From the NCBI GenBank assembly GCA_047602405.1, contig JASGHJ010000002.1, forward strand, positions 1,056,001 through 1,120,000: a stretch of DNA of 64,000 nt, written 5' to 3'. The position numbers and the translations under genes are program-made. This document shows positions 21,190 to 29,417 of this stretch, piece after piece. This DNA is from Anaeromyxobacteraceae bacterium. Lineage in GTDB: Bacteria; Myxococcota; Myxococcia; Myxococcales; Anaeromyxobacteraceae. The notes beneath the pieces are model-generated. The model ran no database searches. It saw only the letters and a program-made list of their open reading frames with translations, and was not told the origin of the DNA. Numbering within the stretch: the stretch's first letter is position 1; each line of letters starts with the position of its first letter.

Positions 21190-21903
21190 CTAGGCGACGA
21201 GGCCGAAGAGGATCGCGAGCGGGACGGCGGAGAAGCCGACCGCGAGGAGGACCGCGAAGAAGATGGCCGCCCTCTGGATGCCGGGCGCCACGTCGCGGTG
21301 CGCGAAGCCGAGGGACTGCGTCACCGACCAGAGCCCGTGCCAGAGGTGGAAGCCGAGGCCGACCACCGCGGCGACGTAGAAGGCGCCCACCACGCCGCGC
21401 GAGAGGCTCGCGACGAGGTTCGCGAACACCGAGCCCTCGCGGAAGTCGCCGGTGGCGACGCCCGGGACGCCGACGGTGAGGTCGGCGAGGTGGAAGAGCA
21501 CGAAGAGCAGGATCAGGAGCCCGCTCACCATCATCCCGCGCGACGCCGCGCTCGAGACCTGGGGCCGGTAGTCCTGGTACGGGATCGCGCGCGCGGCCCG
21601 CTTCGCGAACCAGAGCTGGGCGCCCGCGACGACGTGGAGCAGGAACGCCGTCAGGAGCACGATCCGCGTGAACCAGAGGAACGGCATCGAGACGCGCAGG
21701 AGCTCGGCGTAGTGATCGAGCGCCGGGGCGCCCTTGAACGCTTGCAGGTTGCCCGCCATGTGCACGAGCGTGAACACGAAGAGCACCACGCCGGTGACGG
21801 CCATCACGGCCTTCTTGCCGACGGGGTTCAACCAGAGCGCCAGGAACCTCGACTGGGGAGCCGCCGAGCCTCCCGGTGATGCCATCGTCTCGGAGGAAGA
21901 CAT
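21190..21903 (-). CDS. sdhC: Succinate dehydrogenase cytochrome b558 subunit (single 5-TM anchor)
   Basis: KKAVMAVTG...HMAGNL, conserved His residues, HLWHGLWS..QSLG; start 21903 or 21885. Confidence 0.92.
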   Translation of the reverse strand: MSSSETMASPGGSAAPQSRFLALWLNPVGKKAVMAVTGVVLFVFTLVHMAGNLQAFKGAPALDHYAELLRVSMPFLWFTRIVLLTAFLLHVVAGAQLWFAKRAARAIPYQDYRPQVSSAASRGMMVSGLLILLFVLFHLADLTVGVPGVATGDFREGSVFANLVASLSRGVVGAFYVAAVVGLGFHLWHGLWSVTQSLGFAHRDVAPGIQRAAIFFAVLLAVGFSAVPLAILFGLVA

Positions 21904-22055
21904 GGTCGCGTGGTACCTCGTTCTCGAACAGGAATGTTCGGACAGCGACGGGCCGGGGGATGAAGAACTGGGACAATTCGGGTACAGGACCGAGCCCATC
22001 AAGTCAACGCACTTCGCACGCCGGCGCTGGCTTCGGCGCGAGGGGAGATCCTTGG

Positions 22056-22637
22056 ATGCAGCGCGTCTGTGTGTTCTGCGGTTCACGCACCGGGAGTAAG
22101 ACCGCTTACACCGCGTCCGCGCGGGCGATGGGCCAGGCGCTCGCGCGACGAGGTCTCGGTCTCGTCTACGGCGGCGGATCGAACGGGCTCATGGGCGCGC
22201 TCGCCGACGCGGCGCTCGCGGCGGGCGGCGAGGTCGTCGGGATCATCCCCGGCGGGCTCGTCGCGCGCGAGGTCGGGCACCACGGCGTGACGCGCCTCGA
22301 GGTGGTCCCGAGCATGCACGCGCGCAAGGCGCGGATGGCGGAGCTCGCGGACGGGTTCGTCGCGCTGCCCGGCGGCGTCGGCACGCTCGAGGAGCTCGCC
22401 GAGATCATGACCTGGGCGATCCTCGGCATGCACGCGAAGCCCGTCGGGCTCCTCGACGTCGAGGGGTTCTACGCGCCGCTCGTCGGCTTCCTCGACCACG
22501 CGGAGCGCGAGGGCTTCCTCGCCGAGGAGCAGCGCCGGTTCCTCCTCGTCGAGCGCGACCCCGGGGCGCTCCTCGAGCGGATGTCCGCCTTCGTGCCGCC
22601 GCGCGTGCAGGCCTGGATCTCCCCGAAGGAGACCTGA
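22056..22637 (+). CDS. LOG-family (TIGR00730) phosphoribohydrolase
   Basis: VCVFCGS, LVYGGG..GLMG, MHARK, PGGVGTLEE. Confidence 0.93.
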   Translation: MQRVCVFCGSRTGSKTAYTASARAMGQALARRGLGLVYGGGSNGLMGALADAALAAGGEVVGIIPGGLVAREVGHHGVTRLEVVPSMHARKARMAELADGFVALPGGVGTLEELAEIMTWAILGMHAKPVGLLDVEGFYAPLVGFLDHAEREGFLAEEQRRFLLVERDPGALLERMSAFVPPRVQAWISPKET

Positions 22638-22768
22638 GGGCCGGTGTGCCGGAGCGGGCGAGCGTGCCGGCCCGGCACACCCGGGAGCCCCCGGTGGGGC
22701 CCGCGCTGGCGCGTGTATTCCCTGGAGATCCCGGGTGCTTGACGCGCTCCGTCGCCGGCAGGCCCGTC

Positions 22769-22784
22769 CGGCACGGTTCTCGCT
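22769..22784 (+). promoter_or_regulatory. Possible sigma54 promoter
   Basis: CGGCACGGTTCTCGCT (GG-N10-GC), ending ~40 bp before ATG 22825. Confidence 0.45.
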
Positions 22785-22824
22785 GTAGGGGGTCCCCGAG
22801 CACATCACCACGGAGCCCACGCAC

Positions 22825-24057
22825 ATGATCACCGCCCTCATCCTCGCAGCCGCACTCGCCGCTCCCCCCCAGTACGACACCGTGACGACCGCGGACGGCA
22901 CCCGGCTCATCGGCACCGTGGTCGAGGAGAGCCCGACGAAGGGCATCACGATCCAGCTCGCTGACGGCTCGACCCGCCGGCTCGAGCGCGCCGAGGTCCG
23001 CCGCATCGAGTTCTCCGACGGCTCCATCACCGTCTGGGAGGCCCCGGCGCCCGCCCCGGCCGCGCCGCCTGCCCCGGCGCCCGCGCCCCAGGCCTCGCCT
23101 GCACCCCCGGCGCACCTCGACACCGTCTACTTCGCGGGCGGCGGGCGCGTGCGCGGCCGCGTGCTCGAGGAGCACCCCAAGGACGGCGTCACGATCCAGC
23201 TCGCCGACGGCACCACCCGCCACTACGCGCCGGAGGAGGTCGTCCGCATCCAGTACGGCGACGGCTCCACCTCGCGCCGCCGCAGCACGCGCTTCGACGA
23301 GGACCGTCCGGCCCCGCAGCCGCCGCCGGCCTACCCGCCGCCCATGTCGCCGCCGCCTCCGCGCCCGGTGCCGCAGCCGGTCTACACGATGCCGGCCGCC
23401 GAGGTCCCGCACCACCGGTCTGGCATCCCGCAGCTCGTCCCGGTCTACGGGTCGATCGGCGCCGGCGGGACGTGGTTCGGCGGCAGCGCCGAGGAGGGCA
23501 TCCGGATGGACGACCTCTTCCACGGGCAGTTCCACCTGCAGCTCGAGGGCGGCCTGCGCCTGACGCCTGCGGTCTCGCTCGGCATCTACCTCGAGGGCGC
23601 CGCCGGTGACACCGCCTCCCCGGTGCGCAACAGCGGCCTGTGCGGCGCGGGCTACGACTGCGTCGGCACCTCCGGCCGGATCGGCTTCTTCGCGAAGCAC
23701 ACCTGGAACCCGAACGCGCCGACCGCGACGTGGCTCTCCATCGGCACCGGCTGGGAGGCCGCCAACGTCAGCCGCAGCCTGTCGAACGGCAGCGACTGGA
23801 ACAACGACGGCAACAGCTCCGAGCTCATCACCTACCGCGGCCGCGAGATGCTCCGGCTGATGGGTGGCGTGGACTACCGCACGAGCCCCGTCCTCGGCTT
23901 CGGTTTCTACGGCGGCGTGTCGTGGGGCACCTACGACAAGGTGAACGACCGGGGCCTGTTCGCCGCGGCCGACAACACCGGCGGCGAGATCGACGTGCCC
24001 TCGTCGAAGGTCCACACCACCGTGCAGGTCGGCCTGAAGCTCATCCTGTTCCCGTAG
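22825..24057 (+). CDS. Hypothetical outer-membrane protein: two tandem ~50-aa domains, Pro-rich linkers, C-terminal beta-barrel
   Basis: Signal peptide; DTV...G....G.V.EE.P..G.TIQLADG.TR repeated twice; amphipathic strands ending VQVGLKLILFP. Confidence 0.8.
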   Translation: MITALILAAALAAPPQYDTVTTADGTRLIGTVVEESPTKGITIQLADGSTRRLERAEVRRIEFSDGSITVWEAPAPAPAAPPAPAPAPQASPAPPAHLDTVYFAGGGRVRGRVLEEHPKDGVTIQLADGTTRHYAPEEVVRIQYGDGSTSRRRSTRFDEDRPAPQPPPAYPPPMSPPPPRPVPQPVYTMPAAEVPHHRSGIPQLVPVYGSIGAGGTWFGGSAEEGIRMDDLFHGQFHLQLEGGLRLTPAVSLGIYLEGAAGDTASPVRNSGLCGAGYDCVGTSGRIGFFAKHTWNPNAPTATWLSIGTGWEAANVSRSLSNGSDWNNDGNSSELITYRGREMLRLMGGVDYRTSPVLGFGFYGGVSWGTYDKVNDRGLFAAADNTGGEIDVPSSKVHTTVQVGLKLILFP

Positions 24058-24067
24058 TTGCTCGGGG

Positions 24068-24270
24068 GGCGTCCCTCGACTCCGGCCCGCTGCGCGGGCC
24101 TACGCTCGGGATGAACGGAGACCAGCAGTGATGGGAGGCCGTCCGGCAGGCGCCGGGCGGCCTCTTCTCTTTCGTCCGTTCGCCCCGAGCGTCGCCCGCG
24201 CGTCTCCCAGTTTCCCTCCGTTCGCCCCGAGCGTAGCCTCCGCGCAGCGGAGGCGGAGACGAGGGGCGCC
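24068..24270. repeat. Inverted pair of REP-like palindromic elements (REPIN-like) between convergent genes
   Basis: + copy 24068-24119 (stem GGCCCGC-TGC-GCGGGCC); - copy 24217-24270 (stem GCCTCCGC-TGC-GCGGAGGC); partial - copy 24175-24197. Confidence 0.85.
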
Positions 24271-26825
24271 TTACAGCTTCACCCGCCGCAGCCGCAGCGC
24301 GTTCGCGATCACCGTCACCGAGCTGAAGCTCATGGCCGCCGACGCGATCATCGGCGAGAGCACCACGCCGAAGAGCGGGTAGAGCGCCCCGCCCGCGAGC
24401 GGCACGCCGGCCGCGTTGTAGAAGAACGCCCAGAAGAGGTTCTGGCGGATGTTGCGCATCGTCGCGCGCGAGAGCCGCCGCGCGCGCACGAGCGCGGCGA
24501 GGTCGCCCCGCACGAGGGTGAGGCCGGCGGACTCGATGGCGACGTCGGCGCCCGTGCCCATGGCGACGCCGACGTCGGCGGCAGCGAGGGCGGGGGCGTC
24601 GTTGATGCCGTCGCCCGCGAAGGCCACCACCTCACCGCGGGCGCGGTGCTTCGCGACGACCTCGGCCTTGCGATCGGGGAGCACCTCCGCCTCGACCTCG
24701 TCGATCCCGAGCCTCGCCGCGACCGCGCGGGCGGTCGTCCAGCTGTCGCCGGTGACCATCGCGAGCTTCAGCCCCTCGGCGTGGAGCGCCTTCACGGCCT
24801 CCGCGGCGCCCGGGCGCAGCGGGTCCACGGCCTCGAGCGCGCCCGCCGGGCGGCCGTCGACGGCGACCAGCATCGCGGTGCCGCCGTCCTTCCGGAGCTC
24901 CTCGGCGCGGGCGGCGAGCGGCCCCGCCTCGATCCCGAGCTCGGCGAGGAGCGCCGCGTTGCCGAGGGCGACCTTGCGCCCGCCAACCGTGCCCGTGACG
25001 CCCTTCCCGGGGAACGCCTTGAAGCCGACCGCCTCCACGAGCGCGAGCCCGCGGGCCACGGCCCCCGCCACCACCGCACCCGCGAGCGGGTGCTCCGAGC
25101 CGCGCTCGAGGCTCGCCGCGAGCCGGAGCACCTCGTCCTCCGCGAGCCCGTCGAGCGCGACCACGCGGCCGAGCGCGGGCTTCCCGCGGGTGAGGGTGCC
25201 GGTCTTGTCCAGCAACAGGACGCCGACCTGCTCGAACCGCTCGAGCGCCTCCGCCGACTTCACAAGCACGCCCGCGGACGCGCCGCGCCCGGTCCCGACC
25301 ATGATCGCCATCGGCGTCGCGAGCCCGAGCGCGCAGGGACAGGCGATGATGAGCACCGCCACCGCCGCGACGAGCCCGTTCGCGAGCCGCGGCTCCGGCC
25401 CGAACAGCGCCCAGAGCGCGAAGGCGAGGGCGGCCGCGCCGACCACGCCCGGTACGAACCAGCCCGAGACCACGTCGGCGAGCCGCTGGATGGGCGCGCG
25501 GCTGCGCTGCGCGTCCATGACCATCCGGACGATCTTCGAGAGCAGCGTGTCGGCCCCGACGCGCTCGGCGCGCATGACGAGGGAGCCCGTGCCGACGAGC
25601 GTGCCGCCGGTGAGCTGTGCCCCCTCCGACTTCTCCACGGGCACGGGCTCGCCGGTCACCATCGACTCGTCCACCGGCGCGTGGCCCGAGACCACCGCGC
25701 CATCGACCGGGACCTGCTCGCCGGGGCGCACGCGGAGGAGGTCGCCGGGCTTCACCTCCTCGACGGGCACGTCGGCCTCGCTGCCGTCGGGGCGGACGAG
25801 GCGGGCGGTCTTCGGCGCGAGCTTGAGGAGCGCGCGGATGGCGCCGGACACGCGCGAGCGCGCGCGCAGCTCGAGCATCTGGCCGAAGCAGACGAGCTCG
25901 ACGATGACGGCCGCCGACTCGAAGTAGACCGGTGGCGCGCCGTGCTCGAGGAACGCGGGGGGAAAAGCTCCGCCGGGAGCAGCGTCGCCGCGGCAGAGAA
26001 GAGGAACGCCGCACCGGTCCCGATCCCGATGAGCGTGAACATGTTGAGCTTCCAGGTGAGGATCGACCGCCAGGCCCGCTCGAAGAACGGGCGGCCGCCC
26101 CAGAGCACCACCGGCGCCGCGAGCGCGAGCTGGAGCCACGCGAACGCGCGGAACCCGATGGCGTGGCGGATCGACATCCCGGTCGCCATGTCGCCCATCG
26201 CGACCGCGAGCAGCACGGCGGTCGGCGCGAGGCCGCGCCAGAACCGCCGGGTCATGTCGACGAGCTCGGGGTTCGGCGGCTCCTCGGCGGACGGCATGCC
26301 GCCGACCACGAGCGGCTCGAGCCCCATGCCGCAGGTGGGGCAGGGGACCGGCGTCTTCTCCTTCACCTCGGGGCACATCGGGCAGACCCACACGACGGTG
26401 CTTCCGGGGAGCTCGTCCCTCGACTCCGGCCCGCTGCGCGGGCCTACGCTCGGGATGAGCGGCCCCACCCCCGGCGGTTTCCAGCCCGGTCCGTGCTCGA
26501 GGTAGGGCTCCGGGGTCGCCTCGAACTTCGCGAGGCACTTCGGGTTGCAGAAGAACCAGGTCTTCCCGAGGAGCTCGAGCTGGCCGCCCTTCGGCGCCTT
26601 CGGGTTCACCTCCATCCCGCAGACGGGATCGATGGCGAAGTACTTCTCCGGCTCGGCCTCGAAGCGCGCGCGGCAGGCGTCGGAGCAGAAGTGGTACGCG
26701 TAGCGGCCGCGCTTGACGGTGCCGCCGGGCGGCGACGCGGGGTCGACGTCCATCCCGCAGACGGGGTCGCGGGTCGGCGGCGGCGGGGCGGCGGGGGCGG
26801 CGGCGGGCTGGGACGCGGTCTCCAT
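24271..26825 (-). CDS. copA: Cu(I)-type P1B-1 ATPase with 2 YHS + HMBD domains, -1 frameshift at ~25960
   Basis: DPVCGM..FCS/FCN twice, CPMCPE..CPTCGM, TGE, CPCALG, DKTGT, SEHP, GDGIND, YN, MSFSS; homopolymer at 25957-25962 one base short. Confidence 0.93.
26414..26462 (+). repeat. REP-like element in frame within the copA linker
   Basis: 48/49 identical to 24070-24118; read in copA as [17 protein letters not shown] between YHS2 and HMBD. Confidence 0.9.
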
Positions 26826-26911
26826 GGCGGCTCGCTTTCTATCAAGGCTGAGAGCCACGGGCGACCCGGAGGGGTTCCGCTTCCTCGCGATCCGTCCGGC
26901 GGCCGCTCCGC

Positions 26912-27994
26912 TCATCCGTCGAAGAGCGCGAGCTGCCCGTGCCGAGGCGGGCGCCGGAAGGTCGTCGGAGGCTCATGGGCGCAGGCGTCCGCGTCTCCCG
27001 AGAGCCCCGCCATCGGGCCCTGGCCCGCGAGCCCGAGCCGCGCCACCGTCTTCGCGAACACCGCCGCCACGGTCGCCGCGTACGGCCCCTCACCGCGGCC
27101 GCGCTTGCCGAACCGCGCGTCGTACAGCTTCCCCCCGCGGGTCTCGCGCACGAGGTGCAGGATGCGCGGCGCCGCGTCCGGGAGCGCCGCCCGGACCCGC
27201 TCCTCGAACACCGGCGCGACCGCGCCCGGGAGCCGGAGCAGGATCCAGCCGGCGCGCGCCGCGCCGGCCTCGCGCGCGGCCTCGAGCACCCGCGGCAGCT
27301 CGTGGTCGAGCCCGGGGATGACGGGCGCGACGACCACCGACGGCTCGAGGCCCGCCTCCGCGAGCCGTGCGACGAGCTCGAGGCGCGTCGCGGGCGCGGG
27401 CGCCCACGGTTCGAGCGCGCGCGCGAGCGCCGGGTCGAGGAACGGGATCGTGACCGACACCGAGACCCGGGCCTCGCGCTTCAGCGCGAGGAGCACGTCG
27501 AGGTCGCGCCCGAGGAGCGCCGACTTCGAGATGACGCCCACCGGGTTCCGGTACTCGAGGCAGACCTCGAGGAGGGCGCGGGTGAGCCGGAGCTCCGCCT
27601 CGACCGGCTGCCACGGATCGGTCACGCCGCTGAAGGCGAGCGTCTCGCCCTTCCAGGCCGGCCGCTCGAACGCGGCCCGGAGGAGCTCCGGCGCCCGCCG
27701 CTTCACGAAGAGCTGCGTGTCGAAGTCGGTGCCCGCGCCCAGCCCCAGGTACTCGTGCGTCGGCCGGGCGTAGCAGTAGGCGCAGGCGTGCTGGCAGCCG
27801 CGGTACGGGTTCACGCTCCAGGAGAAGCCGATGTCCGGGCTGTCGTTGTGCGAGAGGATCTCGCGGGTGGCGTCGTCGCGGAGGACGACGCCCACCGTGC
27901 GGGGCTCCTCGAAGTCGACGCGCTCGGAGAGGAACCGGTTCGGCGGGTTCGAGGCGGGGCGCCTGATCCCCGGCGGGCGCTCCATCCGCGGCAT
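26912..27994 (-). CDS. PA0069-family radical SAM protein
   Basis: NDSPDIGFSWSVNPYRGCQHACAYCYARPTH (CxxxCxxC), TDPWQP.E, APVIPGL. Confidence 0.92.
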   Translation of the reverse strand: MPRMERPPGIRRPASNPPNRFLSERVDFEEPRTVGVVLRDDATREILSHNDSPDIGFSWSVNPYRGCQHACAYCYARPTHEYLGLGAGTDFDTQLFVKRRAPELLRAAFERPAWKGETLAFSGVTDPWQPVEAELRLTRALLEVCLEYRNPVGVISKSALLGRDLDVLLALKREARVSVSVTIPFLDPALARALEPWAPAPATRLELVARLAEAGLEPSVVVAPVIPGLDHELPRVLEAAREAGAARAGWILLRLPGAVAPVFEERVRAALPDAAPRILHLVRETRGGKLYDARFGKRGRGEGPYAATVAAVFAKTVARLGLAGQGPMAGLSGDADACAHEPPTTFRRPPRHGQLALFDG

Positions 27995-28029
27995 CTCCCG
28001 GCCTCTCCCGCACGCTCGAGGGTCGCCCG

Positions 28030-29118
28030 CTACGGGCGGGCCCGCGGGCCCGCCACCCAGGGCACGGCCGACTGCTTCATCTCGTCGGAGATGAGCGCGG
28101 TGAAGGTGGCGGCGCCGCTCTGCGACGCGAAGGGCTCCACGTCCGACCCCACGACCACGTTCGCCTCGGGGTCCGTCGTGGTGAGCAGCTGCACGTACGC
28201 CTGCGCCGCGTACGAGGTGGGCAGCCCGTTCGCCACCAGCGCGCGGAAGGCGTCGAGCACGAGCTGGAACCCCGGATCGCCGACCGCGTTGCCATCGCCG
28301 TCCACGGGCTGCAGGAGAATCGGTCGCGTCCCGAGGGCGATGTCGGTGCTCGTCCAGAGCGGGTTGAGCGTGGAGACCCTGATCCCCGGCGCGGCTCCGG
28401 CGAGGACCGTGCGCAGGCCGTTGGCGTAGGCCAGCAGCGCGCGCTTGGCCGAGGTGTAGCCGTGGGCGTAGGTGATGCCCACGTCCTCACCGCCCTCGAG
28501 ATACGCCTGGACCGACGTCGTGAACAGGATGCGCGCGTAGCCGCTCGAGGAACGCGCGGCCACCGCTCGCAGCAGCGCGCTGGTCACGGCGACGTGCCCT
28601 CCGTAGAGCGTCGCGAGGGTGGTCTGGATCCCGGCGAAGTAGGTGGCGGGATCGATCGGGACGACCCCGCCCACGACGCCCCGCCCCGCGTTGTTGATCA
28701 GGATGTCGATCCCGCCCGCACCCAGGACCTCCGGACGGCTCGCCACGAGCGCGGGGAACCCCTGGAGCGACGCGGGGTCGGCGAGGTCGAGGGGCAGCAG
28801 CGGGAAGGGATGCGACGGGTAGGACAGCGGCGTCCGCGAGGTGCCGATCACCTGCACGCCGAGCGCCTGGAGCGCCCGCCCCACGGCGAGGCCGATCCCG
28901 CGGGACGCGCCGGTGATGACGGCCACCTTCCCTGCGAGGTCCACCTCCGGGGTGAAGCCGTCGCGCGGGAAGTAGCGGGGCGCCGGGCGGACCTCGAACG
29001 GCGGCGCCGCGCGGGCCTGGGCGGGGAGCGCGCTCCACAGGGCGGGAGCGGTCAACCCCGCGCCCCCCAGCGCGTTCAGGAAGTGACGTCTGCTCTGCAG
29101 GGTGGGGTGCTGCTTCAT
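28030..29118 (-). CDS. SDR oxidoreductase with twin-arginine signal peptide
   Basis: SRRHFL + hydrophobic stretch + ARA site; TGASRGIG, NNAG, YTSAK; SD GGAGGA before ATG 29118. Confidence 0.85.
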   Translation of the reverse strand: MKQHPTLQSRRHFLNALGGAGLTAPALWSALPAQARAAPPFEVRPAPRYFPRDGFTPEVDLAGKVAVITGASRGIGLAVGRALQALGVQVIGTSRTPLSYPSHPFPLLPLDLADPASLQGFPALVASRPEVLGAGGIDILINNAGRGVVGGVVPIDPATYFAGIQTTLATLYGGHVAVTSALLRAVAARSSSGYARILFTTSVQAYLEGGEDVGITYAHGYTSAKRALLAYANGLRTVLAGAAPGIRVSTLNPLWTSTDIALGTRPILLQPVDGDGNAVGDPGFQLVLDAFRALVANGLPTSYAAQAYVQLLTTTDPEANVVVGSDVEPFASQSGAATFTALISDEMKQSAVPWVAGPRARP

Positions 29119-29417
29119 GGGTTCCTCCGCGGAGGGCGGAGCGACGGCTCGGCGGAGGTCGAGGGTGCGTGACGGTCCGTGAAGCTCCGGCCCTCCGGCG
29201 TGGGGCCATAAGCGCGGGGCACCGCTCCCGCCGGGGCGCGGAGGCTCGTCGGGGTAGCGCTCGCGGGCTCCCTCGATCGCAGCGAACTGATCCGTCCGCA
29301 TGCCAAGCAGGGATACGGGTCGCGGTCGGGGCGGATTCGATCCGGGAGCGCCCATCATCCATATCGGAACGCCCGTTCAGGTTCAACCAGGCGCCCCGAG
29401 GCGCCCCGACGAGGGGC

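Noticed and set aside
29119..29358. N-terminal extension of the SDR ORF
   Set aside because: The SD and Tat signal point to ATG 29118; the upstream frame is low-complexity
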